The notes beneath the pieces were generated by a model, which was not told the DNA's origin, did no database searches, and was given only the letters and a program-made list of their open reading frames with translations. Below, in pieces: positions 1 through 20,921 of a DNA stretch of 64,000 nucleotides (position 1 is the first letter of the stretch; every line of letters starts with the position of its first letter). Origin of the DNA: Raillietiella orientalis (taxonomy: Eukaryota); assembly GCA_036172245.1 (NCBI GenBank), contig JAYWIR010000075.1:186001-250000 (forward strand), read 5' to 3'. A program made the position numbers and the translations under genes.

Positions 1-3000
1 ATAGCGGAGGGTTACCCAAGTAAAGAATCATCAACTGCTGACTCCTTTTCCGTTTCTTGGCCCCGTAAAACTACGCAGTGGACCTTCGCTTACAGAATAA
101 TCACACTACCCTCCTGCTTACATAAGCTTTAACGTTTGCGACAGATGATTCTTACCTCTTTCGTTCCACCTTTCATTTCGAAATCCAAAAGATTTCGAAG
201 TGTTGTTCCTTGAACTAATACCCTTCTTTTAGCTAAAATCAAGTTGTCTCCCTTATGAAACGGGGATAAAAGAACCACTAGAATATCTGGATTGTTGGTT
301 AAGACTGCCCTGGACAGACTTTTCCCCCACAGGAGATGATAGTGAAAATGTCATTTCTAACACTCCTCCCAAGTGATCGCGTCGGTTCGCTAACCGAACA
401 AAATGAAACCAAATGATTCTGCCTGTTGAAAAAGCGCTGAATGGCTTCCAGAAATCGTGCTGATAATTCCACAAAATGCGTTTGGAGCCTGGCCGTTTGC
501 AAAGGTGGAAAATGGTCGCGAAATCACTCGCTGATCCTTAGATCGCAAGTGAGAGAACAAACAAAGTACTGTGGGAAAGAGAGCAGCACTGTCATCAGCC
601 AGTCGCCATGGCAGAATGCTAACTGACAGAACGGATATGAAAAAGCACAACGCTCTCCATTCCAGACTGAGTGATTTCAATGAAATTCCCCGTAATCTGA
701 GTTTCACATACAGATGTGACCACAGTGCCGTTTCCTTATCGGTCAGCGACAGGTGTTCATGACAAACATCTCCTCCAGGTTATAAGAATAATTTGTGAAC
801 TTTCGAAGATGAAAACGGTTGGGCTTAAAAAATCACTAGACAAGTGCAGTTGTTTAAGGAGGTCAATACCTGCATCCTATCGTTAACATGGGTGCGAAAC
901 CACGTATCATATAAAGACAGATACATGATTACTTAAATATATACACGAAACGGCTTCTGTTGCTGGAAATTCTACTATGCCAGCTTTAACAAACTGAGAC
1001 AATGTGAGGAATTTGGCTAGTTAGATGAGTTTATTTCCACTTTTTTTTCTACTGTGAAATTCTATCAATAACATCCGTGGAAAAGGATTGTTTTCCTGGC
1101 AGTTCTCTGAGATCGTGGAGCATCATGGTCACCTTATGTGGTCTTCTTTACATGGTGCTGTAGTAGTAGTGACAGGAATCGTCTTCTGTAGTAGGAATAT
1201 AATTGTGATACCTATAGATGGATAACTAATCTTGAACATCTACTAACTCGATAAAGGCGATAAAACCTCACGGAGTTTCATTTGATCAACGTACAAGTTC
1301 AGAAAGCTGATTGTGTACTTTCTGCATACGAAATACGGTAATGTCGGGAAACTGGCTCATCGATGGTTATACTGATGACGATGCAATGAAGGACGTTGAA
1401 CCATTTTAGCAATTCACTTTATGACTGTCTTAACTGTTTAAAGCAATCGTTGTCAGTATTAATAAATTTAAATCTGAGAAAACGCCTGCATGTTGAAAGT
1501 ATCATGTAAAGTTTTTGAACTGTGCATGCAAATATTATTTCTAAATAGTGATTACTATTTAGGTTGTAAGAATCTTTGTCGAACAATGTTATCACAGAAC
1601 TGAATTCGGAATATCACAATTGAACACTCTCAGTGTATAAAAGAATGTGTTACATGAAGCACAACCAAATCATCCATGCTGCAAAATTTGCCTGGCGACT
1701 TACTTTACTACTTTGGATTACTTTGTATTCTGACTTCTGATTCTCATCCCGTTTTTGTAACTCCTAACAGTATAAGCATATATATATATATATGCAAAAA
1801 ATTATATGAAAATATCAAACAATCATCAGATCCTAAGGTATTGTTGTTATAAATGAAAATGCCATCAATAGTGACTATGGTTTACGGCTGAAATTCATAT
1901 TCATGATCAGCAACCTTGTGTTTGAGAGTCTACTCATTGTGCTGCTCTCAATTTAACTATTTCAAATACTATGATATACTATCTAACAGCTGAAATATAC
2001 TTTAAATAACTATGGTTGTGTAAATCATGAATACGAAAAACAAAACATAAAATAGTCCAATCTGAAGATAAACAAATAATAGATGCAGTATACTGCGTTC
2101 CTCTTAATACAATGGGAATGCTACGATAATTTAAGACACCCTTGCCCCTGGACTACCTAAATTATGTTATGTTAATTTAAAAAGAACTCTCATTGTAATC
2201 TTTTTCAAATAGCGTTTGAAGCTCAAAAAATTTGGACGCTTAAATGTTTACCCTATGTCAGTGACTAATCCTCTATCGGTTATCAATGGTTATCCACTAG
2301 GAGAATTCCAAATTTAATTTTTTTTTCCTACTGTCCTATACGTAAATACGTAGTTTTTAAGAAAATAAAATATATTTTCTGATTATCCATCTTCTCTTTG
2401 ATGTTTTACTTCATTCCTGTTATTCATTACTCATTCACCTATATACCTCACCGAAATGAAGATTGATGTCTGAAGCTAAAATATGAATACATAAAAGAAC
2501 TTCAAATTAAAACTGGGATAAGTATTACTCGAATTTAATTATTTATTTTTTCTCAGTTTTAAACGCTATCGGGAATTGCTAAATACAGGGAGATTTTATG
2601 GAAAAAATATTTGCAAACATAAGATTTGTCCAGCTTTTGAATGGGAACTTTATCAAAGTGAAAATTCAGTATAGCTTAAAGGTTTTTTCAAAAGATTTTG
2701 AAGAAATCAAAGATTTTTTGAGTTTAAATTCTCTTCTTTCCATTTTTGAAAAGCATCATCAACGTTCAGTTAGAATTCTGTGAAAAAGGTGTAAACTTGT
2801 CTCTTAGCAGGACGCAGTTGTATTGTTTTTTATTTTCTTAATATTTTTTTACAAGATCACTCATAAATGTTTGATTTTTTCCCCAAAAATATCTATGTAT
2901 GCTACATTTTTAGGATCATTTATTCCTTCACTTTATATCTTGGATTTTGAAAATAATTTAGATTATTTTAGTTTTCTTATGTATATCGTAAGAATCTGAT

Positions 3001-5119
3001 ACATATCTACATACTTTCGTTTGTCATAATGGAACACTCTCTCAGAGGTGTTTTTTCACAACAGGAAATAGAACAGTAGAAATATTCAAGTTTCCACTAA
3101 CGAATTATCCCCCAAAACTCTGTTGCAACAAAAGCAGCTGTTGTGCGTGCCTGCTGTGTAATGGCAACAAAATGCTTTGCAGCACACAAAAACACAAGAA
3201 CCAACTCACTGCAGTTAGGTAGATGAGATTCGAAGAAGCATTCCATGAATAGCTCTCGTTTATGAAGAATGATCACCTGTGGGAATCTAAGTTTTTGTGA
3301 CAGAAAAAAATCAAGCGACTGATTTAATATTGAGCTATATTGGACTGAAATCATACGAAAAATTTAAAATATCCGCATGCATATTTAAAAAATAATAATA
3401 CTAAAAGCCAGTACAGTTGAGGAAAAGATTCGCCGTGAAAAATTCTGGCCTCAAAGTATTGAGTGATACTTGTAAAGTAATTATCAAAGAGTTGGAATAA
3501 TACTGCTCACTGTTCAAATGGATGACATTTTGATGAAAATCTATTTTCCCTAAGGAATAAAGGTTGCATGAAAAGATTACTGAACATCTTAATGATCAAA
3601 GGCAAAAATACAAACATCCACTTTGTTAATTTCAAGATTGATTAATTAATCGCGACAGAATTACTAATAGAAATAACAGCATAACCATTGAAGAGTGGGC
3701 GAGTCGAGCATCCATAGTTTTAATGGTCATGTTCTCATCTATCTCTCTAATCAGGACATTTAAACCTACCTACCATCAATCATTTACATGAGTTCATTAT
3801 TCTGATTACTGAGATTTTGATTCTGATTACTTTTCTCGGAATGCTTAATTGAGACTTCCAGAAAACTTGGGAATTTAACTTCAATTTCTTGAGTTAATTA
3901 TCTCTAATTACTTGCCAAAATCGGAAAAGATTCCTATCATTTTGTCAATTCAACCCTTATTGCCTCTGATCAAGTTTAGACAGAACTATTATTATATCTC
4001 AATATTTGCATGAACTTTCAATATGAATATATTTTCAGTACAATGATTTATCCAAAGTGTTGTAAATTTCATGAAATTTTAACACTGAGTAAAATAAAAC
4101 ACTTATTAGTATATAATAATCCAGTTCACGAGCCATCATTTATGTTCATTTGAAGATATGAATTTCACCATGATGAATCAACTAAATGAAGTCCAATTCC
4201 TTGAACGCTATGTCAATGTAGGTTTACTGTGTTTAATGTATTTATCAGTTAAGAATTAATACCTCTCTAAAATATATATCTTACATTCTACATAGTGGTT
4301 TCTTTCTACTTTATAAATTACATCATTTATCTAATTCATTTACATTACCTATGATAAAATATCTTTCTCATTTCTTTGTAGCCATAAGGAGCAAATCCTT
4401 GTGACTACAAAGCTGGGTTACCTTTTGGGGGTGTATTATTATTAATATGGATTCAGCAAGTCAAAATGTTTCCAATATTTGCATAAATTGATTTCGGAAT
4501 AGTGTACAAATGAGAGTTCATTGTAATTTATTGATGTTTTAAATAATCTGTCTTTATTGCCCTCCAAAATTTGGCTTATTTTTTTATTATAGTTCGATAC
4601 AACTAAAAACTGCATTTACTTCGTTGGATTTTTAAGGTTCTTGCATTCATCAATGAAGCAATGAGAAAAACATTTTTATTTTTGTGTTGATTTCATTAAT
4701 TCAGCTTTGTACATTAGAAAAACAAATGTATGGTTTCTAAGCTTTTTTTTCCTTTCTTACATGAAACTTGTAATTTGATAACTCTCATAGGAACACTGAA
4801 CTTAGCTACACTATTCGTTGGTCCCTTCTGATGTTTACATGTGCATTCAAGCGTGTCGTTTCCTGGAATAAGTTACTAGAGATTATCCCGGCTAGTAGAT
4901 TAACTACAAAGACAAAAAAATATATGAATATTAATACATCAATAAATCAGTGCTATGATGATATTTTTGATTGGTATAAATATGTACATTGATGTAAATG
5001 GAGCATAATAAAATGTCATTTCAAATTTACGTCTCAAGTGTTTAATTTTTGTGTGTGAATATTACCTATCATATACCCGTAATTTGAAATCTTGCGTTTT
5101 AGTAAAAGTTGAGATTAAT

Positions 5120-11181
<6,062 letters not shown>

Positions 11182-13352
11182 TGTAGTTTGTTAGCACCCC
11201 AAATGTTCCAAGAAAATGTTTCATATGTTGTGATTACATAAAAACTTTCTAAAAGAATAAATCTGATTTATTTTTGACAATTCTTGTACTTTCATTGTTT
11301 TTTTTTTTGTTAAAGCATGTGGCAAAGTTTTACAACCAAAATGCAATTGTGAAATTTTACCAGTGATTGACAATGATGCTTTATTGATAAAATTCTTGCA
11401 CTTGTTATTTAATCAAATGATTTGTTTGTACAAGACTGCCTTGTGATGGTGGAAATTTTTGTGTATTTGGTATGCAAACTTTAGCATGTAACTCAGATGC
11501 TGCTGGGAAGTGAGATTTTCATTACTTTATGACAGAACAGTGATTTTTGGAAGTCCCACATGTTGGTTAAAGATATCGTTTGCACGATAATTTCCGTAAA
11601 AAGGAAGTATGCATCGCGCAAAAACGCGACAGCTGCATAAGTTGGTGACTTTTGAGAGTTATTGATTAGCAGTGAGGCAAAATATCTGAACGTTGCGTTT
11701 TCATTTCATAGTATATTTGAGTGTGAATGAATGATTGTGTAGCAACAAATATAAATGGCTGACGATTACTGATGAGACTGCTTAAAAAATTTTAAAATAG
11801 GAAATCTTGTACAGAACCAGCGGCTGCTTCAAAGGCTTCAAATGTGGTTTCAGAAGTCTTCATATAAGCAATAAACAAAATAAATTGAAGGAAGTAAAGC
11901 ATTCATTAGTTGCATTTTGAATATTAAATGGTATGTGGTTGGTCCCATCTCCGAAGAAACAATTAAGCTTTGTTAGTGCGGTTAGGTGGTTCTAGTGGTT
12001 CAATCCTCCAAGAAGATTTGGTGTTATACATTCTAAACGAAAAGAAAGCGAAAGAAGTCCAACGAAAAGAAACACCACCATCAGCTGCGGGCATGCGCAG
12101 ATCAATCTTCCAGGCTTTGCGCCAGACGGTTCGCTTTCCGAATAAACAAGATAAATAAGTCCTTCGTTTTATGGGTTCTGCTTCACCATTTACTTTATCG
12201 TGGGCGAAAATTCTATGCGCGGCTAGGTTGGAAGCATAACCTAGGGCATCGGTGGTTAAAGGGACATGTCAACTGATGTTACTGACTGCATTTCAATGTC
12301 GCTTCGGGTGACACAACCAGCGAAAAATCGGTCAGTTTTTTTGTTTGAAAAGGCGTCCAGATGAAACCAAGTCTAGTTTAAGAAAAGTAGAAACCAAGAT
12401 ATAAAGAGAGATATTTTCACGACTATGTGCTTTTGGAAAAAAGAGTAGATGACCGACGTTTGAAGAGCTCTTGGAACGTTAAAGAGAATCGCACGTGCTG
12501 TATGAACGGATTTTTTTTTTTTTTTTCTTCCAGAAATTACGACATTCTTGAATACGGAATGCTTATTTGTAAATGTACACAGGTTTGATCACTTCACCTA
12601 CGTAGTCAGCTTACAGTCTTTTGAAATTCATAGAAGTGGATTTGGTTTGCCAAATTCAGCTTGCAAAGTATTTCATGCAACCCTCAGTGATTTTGCCTTT
12701 TGCACTTAGTTCTAGCATCGCTTAAGTTTAGCATCTTCCTCTTACTTCACTTTTAAAGCCACGATCTATTATCAATTCTTTCACACATGGTTCTGTAGCT
12801 TATTGCACATCTTGAAGAGCTTGTCCGATGCTGCAATTGAGACTTCAGGGAATAGCGTACGGTCTCTTGGAATCATTTGTGAAAATCATTCTAAATGGTA
12901 AAAAAAAAAAATGCACTGTTTTTAAGAAATTGTTATTCAGTAAATACGTTTAAATCTCTTTGGCTTTCATTACAGTTGCCGTTTGCTTTTCTGTCTCAGT
13001 ACTTAGATCTCATCGAGATTGACTTTGTGTTCAATCCAATCAGATGAACGTGTTCCACAATTTGTACTTATTATCAAGAATGCAAGACCAAAGATCTGAA
13101 GGTTTATTTTAAGTAGCATGCATTTCAGGAATTTTCTATTTCAGTATTTTTTTTCTGACATGAAGAAGTACCTTGTATCCATCTCGAAGGTCCTTTTTTT
13201 TTTTTTTTGCAAAACTCGTGCCAACAGGAAGACAAAGACATATTCCTGTGTGACGCAGACAGCCGTAGGTTCAGACTTGCGGATGTGAAATGGGACATGT
13301 TGACAGAGAAAATGCCGAACACATGCCAATAACACATCTAACTACGTGGAAC

Positions 13353-16300
13353 ATGTGTGCGTTGCTTAAGATACACGTTTGTGTGTTCGTTGCTCTATTC
13401 AGCAGCTGTGCTACGCAAAATCAGGACCTAGGCCATATCGGTACTCTACAGTTTTACGAGACTTTCTTTGCAGCAAACAGATCGAATGAGAGGTTAAACG
13501 GAAGAGCCAACCGGAACTTCAGTGGAAATGCTTTGTCTTCTAATGCACACAGAAGATTGCAGCATCGCTTTCTGTTGAGAAACCAAACAGCTGCCAGGAG
13601 GCTTCGGAATCCAAATAAACAGGAGGATGCCATCCGACTTGTGGGAGGACTCGATCAATCTGAAGGTATTTTCTGTATGCTGGAATGTTCTCGAGAGATC
13701 ACCGATCACTCGTGCATTTCCTGAGAGTCAATACCGAATTCGAACGGCGAATCAGTTGCGCGGCCGGAACGACAAGAGGTCGGAGAATGCCGTCTGCAGT
13801 CAAGAGAGTCCGAGAGACCACCTTTTGGATGAGTAGAAATTCCGAAATGCGGCGTGTGGAAACCGAGATCTGGAAGTGCGACCATCGAGGTCTGCGAAGA
13901 GATCTCGTGGGCCCGGTTCGAGCAGAAACGTCAATGGGATTCCTGCGAGCATATAGCACAGAACATTCACAGGCTAGGCCGAAACCGACAAAGTCCCCCC
14001 CCCCCTCCACGGTAGACAGTTTTCGGCTTGGGGCAAAAGCGAATGGTTCATCGGGTCGATGTAATGTATCGTTCCCCATGAGCTCCAACAAGTCTTTTTT
14101 GGTTTTCCTCCTGGAGAAACCAGAGGGACCGGGAGGGACAGAATTCTCGTTTCTGGCTGTTCTGAAATGTGTGCACCTCTTCAGCAGAGATGCGTCCGTT
14201 TTTCTCACCGGAAAGAGCCTGGAACAACTCTTTTCCTGGATGCTTCCAGAGTCTCGCTTGACCCGCAGACTTTTTTTGTTTCCTTCGATGCCCTTCTTTC
14301 CTCGTCGGTTTCTCCCGGAAACGGTGCCGTCGGTGTCGACTCGTATTGTCACGCGTTTTCCGGAAGTAAGGGAGATGGAAGAAGCTCATTCTTTCCGATT
14401 TTTAGAGAGATAGGCGAGGCGGGGGAAAGGGGCGTGGCTTCGAAAATCGGCCATGAGCTCTCAGCCAGCTGGAGCAGTGGGCAGCCAACGAGTCCAGGAA
14501 CGACCCACTGACAATCACTTCTGCATCTCGCATCGGAGTTTTTCCCTTTCGTTCCCAATTGCTGCATCATCTGCTTTGTCTCGTTCTTGAAGCGGCACGC
14601 CCGCGCATAATCGTTGTTCCAGGGAGGACTTCTGGTGAGACGTTGGGAAGGGAAGGGGTAAGGTGGACAGGAAAGAGGTGCCGATCGGCGTTGGTCTCCA
14701 GTCAGGGGATGCTGGGTAGGAGTTGGATGCGGATGCACGAAGGAGGAATGAGCCTGTCTGAGTGACTCTGCCAGATGCCGAGAAGCAAGCGAGCCTTGTG
14801 ATAAACTGATTCACCTTGAGATCAGTGCTTGCCTAGTGACCCTACCCGTGTCATTGGAGCCGGTAGCGACTGCCGACGGAGGAATCGAGGTCCGCCGATG
14901 GAAGCGGATTCACCGAGGTCAGGAGAGTAAAGACGGGAACAGCTGCAACGATCAGCAACAAAATCAAAATGGCTCGAAGGCGCATTTCTCCAGGAAACGG
15001 GAAGATTGATGAACGAGGAATTGGAAAGGGAAAGAGGAGGAAGGGTCGGTGCTCTACAAGGGAGAGAAGCAGAGGAGTGCCTGCGCGGCACGCGACGTCC
15101 ACTTCATGCTAGAGGTCTACAGAGGCGAGAGACCGAGTCTTGTCTGTCCGATGCTAAGGGGAAAAGGAGGGATGGCTGGGTGGAGAGGCTGAAGAAGAGG
15201 CAGACTCACCACTTTCCTTCTGTCGGAGGAGTCCGGGGTTTTCCGTGACTTGTAGGAAGGAGGAAAGAGAGGAAGGGGATGCCCGTGCCTGCGTTGCGGC
15301 AGCAGCGTATCACAGGAAACGGAAGATGCGCAGACGGTGAAAGTTGGGGGTGCGTTTCCTTTGAGGAAAGGTTCTCCTCCCTTTCTGCTCCTCCGGTGAC
15401 TGCAGGATGGATCCAACCTCTCATTGGAGCTCACGGAATAGGAAGATGGGCACGACGAGATCGTGCACCACGAGTTTTTGCTGTGCGGCGGGCGGGCGAC
15501 CGAGCTAGGACCATCGGGCGGGGATTCCTCCCCAAGCATCTTCGGCACCCTCGTTTCCCCGGAAGCTGGTGCTTAAGGCTCCGAAAAATGACCATCCTAG
15601 AGTGGGGGATCCCTAGAGAGAGAGCAGGAAGAGAGGACGTCTCCAGGCCTCTTGGGTCCACGAGTACCCTCCCCTGTCGCTTTCGAGTCCGAACCCGCTC
15701 TGAGACCTGCGGCCGATCAGGCAGCCATGCTGGTAGTCAAGGGTACACCGCTGGAGACTGTCGCGGAGGCAGAAAGCTCCTTCCACCGGAAGAGGAGGAG
15801 GGTGATTCACGAATTTCTTTTCTGATAGGGAGTGGCCGTCTTTGGGGCAGTCCCTCTGCAATATTTGCATATTGTGGTTGCAGGTCGAAGATGAGAGAAC
15901 GACGTGTCCAGGGTGCGTCGCCTCTCTTCCCCCGTTTGTGCGGTGCTGCGTCCATTCGGTGTGGGGGGTTCCAGTCCACCTCTTCTCTTTCCTCTATCCT
16001 CGCATACTCCCACCCCGTCACCCTTCCTGATGATTACGAAAATTCATGGTTGGATGCGAATTCTTCCCTATATGTGCTTGGGTGGAGGAGGCAGGAAGAA
16101 TGGCGCGGGAGTGCCTTCTGGAGGGTGCTTCTGAAACTGTCTCCTGCCCCACCCTTGAGCTCAGAGTGAAACAGGAACCCGAAGATAGAAATTGGTGAGA
16201 TGAGCAGCAGCGGCGAGGGATGTCTCCGCGCGCCAGCATGAATCCAACGGACCAACGCGAGCGGGAAGAGGGATGGAAGGAGAAAAGAGGACGGGGGAAG

Positions 16301-19300
16301 GACGAGTGAGTTAAGACCAAAAGAAGTGGAGGGAATAGGAAAGACAGGAAACGAAATGACGAAAGGATTTATTGGGAGGGCATTTAGCGCGCGGAAGGGG
16401 GAGGTTGGGAAGAAGGATGGGGACTACTCCAGGAAAGGGGCCCGCAGCGGAGGCCACGTGGTGGCAGCCTCCGCACGCGGTACAGAGCGTCAAGGGTTCG
16501 AATCTCGCTCGGGAAAGCATAGGCGCCAGAAGAATGGGCGTGTCGTGGGTTCGAGTTCCTCCCGCAAGATAACACTGGTTGGTCTGTCTTCGGGCGCGGC
16601 ACTGGTGAAAGCTGAAAAACCGGATGCCCCCGATGAGTGGCTGGGATTGGAAGTTGATCTTCCGTGGCCCTTCCAGGAATCAAGGAGTCCCGTTGTTTTT
16701 GAGGTCCCCCCCCCCTCAGTGGTGCAGATGGAGTCGTCCCCTTCTGAGGAAGGACCTCTTCCATTTCGTACCATGGAGCTCCAATAAGCGGGCTGCTCCC
16801 TTCGGGGAGCGTCCTTCACAGAAAATTCGGAAGCGTCCTTTCGGGGTTCCCTTCAGAGGAGAAGGAAACCAGGAGAGGTTCCCTTGCGGGGGATCCCTCC
16901 GAAGAGAATAAGGAAGCGGATTCCTTCGGGGATCCCTTTGGTGACAACGAGGGTGGAGGGTCCCCTCCGGGGTGCCCTCCCAGGCATGGAGAGAACGGAC
17001 TCCTTCCTCCGGAGTCCTTCCTGGATTCATGGAGTGGTCCCTTCCCGGGCTACCCCCTTTCTTGAAGAGTCACCCGCACCCGCACTCTCGGGTGACGAGG
17101 ACAGCGTTGAAGAGCTGCGTGAGCCGCCAGGCGCGCGACGGTCCTTGAGGTACTGAGCGAACCAAAAAAAAGAAAAAAAAAAAAGCTCGAAAGAAAGGGA
17201 ATAGCACTGCTCAAGGGAGTCTCTTCCTGGATTCGACAGGAGCACTTGCGCGTGGCAGCCATCATGCTTACTCGGTGTCTTCCTTGTAGGGAACGTGGAG
17301 GTGCTGCATCTAGGCAAGTGGGGGATGGTCTGCGACGACGAGTGGGACTTTCGGGAAGGAGACGTCGTCTGCCGCCAGCTGGGCTTTTCAAAAGCGGAGG
17401 GGATCACAGTCAGCTCGCACTTCGGGCGAGGGGCAGGTAACACGGGAGCTTCAGGAGCTTTATCCAGGCTCCAATCCTTCCATGGACCCAATGCGCTCCT
17501 CTTCTTACAGAGAAAGTCTGGATGGACGATGTCTACTGCCTCGGGGACGAGGAAGCTCTGCGTGCCTGTCGTTTTGCCGGCTGGGGACTACACGACTGCT
17601 CGCGCGACGAGGCCGCGGGAGTAAGATGCAGTCGCAGTCTCCCTGGGAAGCTCCCGAAAGAAGAGATCCTTCCCCCGCAGGTCCTGCGCGCTCGGATACA
17701 GGTACAGCTGGCTTTTCACCACGGGAGGAAGGGGCTACGAACGCGGCTGCGGAAGCTGCCTCTGCGAGAAGCGTGCGCGAGAACAGGAGACCCTCCTTTT
17801 TCTTTCCTCATTTCCATTCCCATGGACCGCTGGGGAGGACGCGAAGAGACAAAGAGTGGAGGAGGAACCATTAGCCTAACGTGGCGCCGTGGCACCTCAG
17901 TCCGGGGCGTGCAGGTGCACCTCGGACAGACAACCTTCAGTTCATTCCCTCCAATGTTTCCTTCCTCGTCCCTCCAAAGGGACGAGTTTTCTCCGCAAAG
18001 CACGGAGGAAGTGTCTTCTCCACAGTGATCTCACCCTCTAAGGGGGAGTCCTGCCGTTCGAGGGCGAGGAATGCCTACCGAGAGACACTCACGTTTCAGG
18101 TGGGGAGGGGAAGAGAAAACCAGGGACAGTCGACCCTCTTCCCGCAGGTCATTCCTTCCCGCCTTTCCTGGAAATTTATGGAGTCCGCGCAGCGACTTCA
18201 CCTATTATTCCTTTACGGGAGTCGGGGCGAGCTCTCTGGAGGAAGGACGGGAAGGAGGGAGGTTAAGGAGGGAGTTGCAGTCGGAGATGAAGATTCCTTC
18301 CCCCCTCTTCCTCACTTCGCAGTGACCTTGACCTTTCCCGAAGAGTTTTTTTCCTCCTGCTGGAATCTAAAGACCACGTCCTCTAGGTCAGGTCCGTCGA
18401 AGGGGCAAGCTCCGGTGAACCGAAGCCGGCTCCTTTGACGGGCTCTTCGCGAAAGAGGAACCGCCCTCATCCCATGTCCAGAAACAGAGAGGGAAATAGC
18501 CGCGGTGACTGAATCCCGCGCTGGGATGGGCTGTTTCTTTTCGTAAGTCGGGATGAGGTGATGCCGAGATGCAGCATGGAAGGAGCGCTCAGGGAGAGGG
18601 GGTACTCGGAAAGCGCTCACTCCGGGAAGGACCGGGACCCATCCACGATCTCACGTCTGTCTCTCCTAATGTCATCTCGGAGAATGCTGAGGGCTCGATG
18701 GGTCCCGGATCGGCCAGAGCACCTCATCTGTAAGGACACGAAGGGGAGGAAGGAAAGTGTCGTCCATCCTCGTGGTTTCTCGGTGGGAGAGGCAAGGAAA
18801 AAATAAGGGAAGTGGGCCCCCGAAGAATCATGTTGGTGGCGCTACCACTTCTCGTCGCGTAGTTCCCTACTCGAAAGGCGATCCGGAGAAGAAAGAAAGG
18901 GCCAGATCGGGAAACCTTCCGGCAGGAACAGCCATGAGTCTTCGGAGACCACGGCAGTTCTCTGTGCGCTCCCATGAAGAGGCTCTGTAGGGATGCTCCG
19001 CACGATCCATCCGGTCTGTCCTGGAGTGTTCGCATCCTTGGGAGTGAGAGGAGGGAAGATCAGCGGAAGATGACTGGGGAGACCTCCCTCACTCGCGGCA
19101 GAGAAGACAACAGAAGCCTGTGTGAGAGCTGGTCCGAGGAACCGAAGCTTCGTGGGGCGCGCTCCTCAGGGCTGGGGGCGAGGGAAGAAGGAATCTTCAG
19201 GAATGGGTGCGGGAAGGATCAGCTGGAAGCAGGAGCTGCGATAGAGAAGGGATGTGCGCGTTCTTCACTCGTTCCTTCCTTTCGATGTGGTATGAGAGCG

Positions 19301-20921
19301 GGAAGGAGGAGGAAGATTAGGAGCAGGGAGGGAGAGGAGGAGATGGGAGAAGATTTCAAGAAGACCCGGATGCTCTCCAGAAGATAGCCCCTTTTTTCCC
19401 TACGGGATCATCTTACCTTCTCCCTCCCTTGCCTACTTCTCGGAAGAAAGCTGACATACAGAATCAGCATCCGTGATGCCCTATCTCTGAGCCCCCTGCA
19501 TTCAGGAGAGACGCTTCCGAGAGCCGGAGTTTGCTCCCGGCTCCCTCGAAAAGGATTCGGATTCCCGGGAGGCCGAAGTGATAAGGGATACGGGAGGACT
19601 CCTGCTGGTGTTCCGTGACTGTGGTCCTCGCGGGGGCTACTCCCATCCATCTTGCGTCCCTCTGAGGAAAGGCGTTGCGCCCCTCACCTGTCCTTCTTGT
19701 CCCAACCACCATCCCCACCGCTTTTCTCTTCCTTTTCTTTTTTCCACGTGCTGCTTCGCGATGCCAGGACCTGGCGAGTGACTTCGATGTCCGCCTCCGG
19801 GGAGGAAGGATCCCACTGGAAGGGAGGGTCGAGGTGCTGCTAGGAGAGGCCGGTGAGTTCCTGCCTGTACCGCTCCCTGAGGTGAAGGCTGTTTCTCGGC
19901 TTGTTCCCAGGATGGGGAGTCATCTGTGGGGACGGTTGGGATGTGTTCGCCGCCCAGGCAGTGTGCAAGCACCTGAAACTGGGGTATGCGCTGGCGGCTT
20001 TCCAGGCCGATGTGTTCGGAGGAGGGACTCTGCCCATGCTACTCAGCAACGTCTCGTGCTCCGAAGAGGAGCCATTTGGCGAGTGCTATTCGGAACTCTT
20101 CGGGAAGACGGGCTGTCCAGGGGAGGAAGGGAACATCGCCGGCGTGGCCTGTGCGGAAGGTAAGGGGCGTCCTCCTCCCTTCCCTTTTCCCTCCTCATGC
20201 TTCCTGGACCGGGCGCAGATCTACCGGACCTCATGATTGACCACCACGAGCTTACGAGAACTCTGCACCTGGAGGACAGGCAGCTCTTTTTCCTGCAGTG
20301 CGCCATGGAGGAGAACTGCCTTGCGCCTTCCGCCTTCGAGTTGCGGAAGAAGAACTCTTTCGGCTGGCACCTGGAGGTGCGGAGGCTGCTCCGCTTCACA
20401 GCAAAGATCGTGAACGTTGGCACCGCGGACTTCCTGCCTTTCCTCGCGAAGGAGAGCTGGCAGTGGCACCAGTGCCACCTGTCCGTATTCCCCCCCTTTT
20501 TTCTGAAGACCGAGGACCAGCGTCTCTCTCCTCTTTCACCTCCAGCCATTACCACAGCATGGAGTTGTTTGCCCGCTTCGACGTGCTCAACCTTGAAGGA
20601 AAGAGGGTGGCTGAGGGACACAAGGCTTCCTTCTGCCTGGAAGACAACCAGTGCCTGAACGGGACTCGACCCAAGTACGCGTGCGCCAACTACGGGGACC
20701 AGGGCATCTCACCAGGTTGCGTGGACACTTATGCCTGGAACATCGACTGCCAGTGGATCGACCTCACGGACGTTCCTGCGGGCACGTACGTCATCAAGAT
20801 CTCCATCAATCCAGAGTTCAAGATAGCCGAGATGGACTACAGAAACAACGCGGCCATGTGCACCCTTATTTATACACAGACACACGCCTACGTATCCAAC
20901 TGTAGCCTCACGAGACCGTGA
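13353..20921 (+). CDS. Lysyl oxidase-like protein with signal peptide, two SRCR domains and catalytic LOX domain; 7 exons, 540 aa
   Basis: Exons 13353-13665, 17290-17436, 17511-17701, 19768-19852, 19911-20159, 20219-20480, 20546-20921 join in frame (1623 nt). SRCR1 IRLVGG..EGNVEVLHLGKWGMVCDDEW; SRCR2 VRLRGG..EGRVEV..WGVICGDGW; copper motif WQWHQCHLHYHSM across the last intron; LTQ cofactor Lys (GHKASFCLED) and Tyr (DTYAWNIDCQWID). AATAAA at 21033. Confidence 0.93.
16443..17200 (+). mobile_element. SINE-like dispersed repeat with tRNA-like head (in LOXL intron 1)
   Basis: A-box-like GGCCACGTGGT near 16452, B-box GGTTCGAATC 16495-16504, second B-box-like GGTTCGAGTTCC 16548-16559, hairpin-rich body, A-rich stretch 17164-17184. 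16469-17171 is the near-identical reverse complement of 38284-38986. Confidence 0.65.

Noticed and set aside
571..762. Peptide with SDFNE, FTY and DHSAVSL resembling LINE AP-endonuclease motifs
   Set aside because: The motifs are far closer together than in real endonucleases and there is no supporting RT nearby; too weak to call.
11769..11810. CTGATGAG hammerhead-core-like motif
   Set aside because: No paired stems or correctly placed GAAA core could be formed.
14349..15102. Minus-strand signal-peptide-like stretch MRLRAILILLLIVAAVPVF in LOXL intron 1
   Set aside because: Stops shortly after, and no convincing downstream exon chain or homology could be built.
16443..16520. Possible tRNA gene (also about 37053-37120 and 49350-49420)
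   Set aside because: B box present but no convincing acceptor stem or cloverleaf; embedded in a dispersed repeat, so treated as a SINE head.
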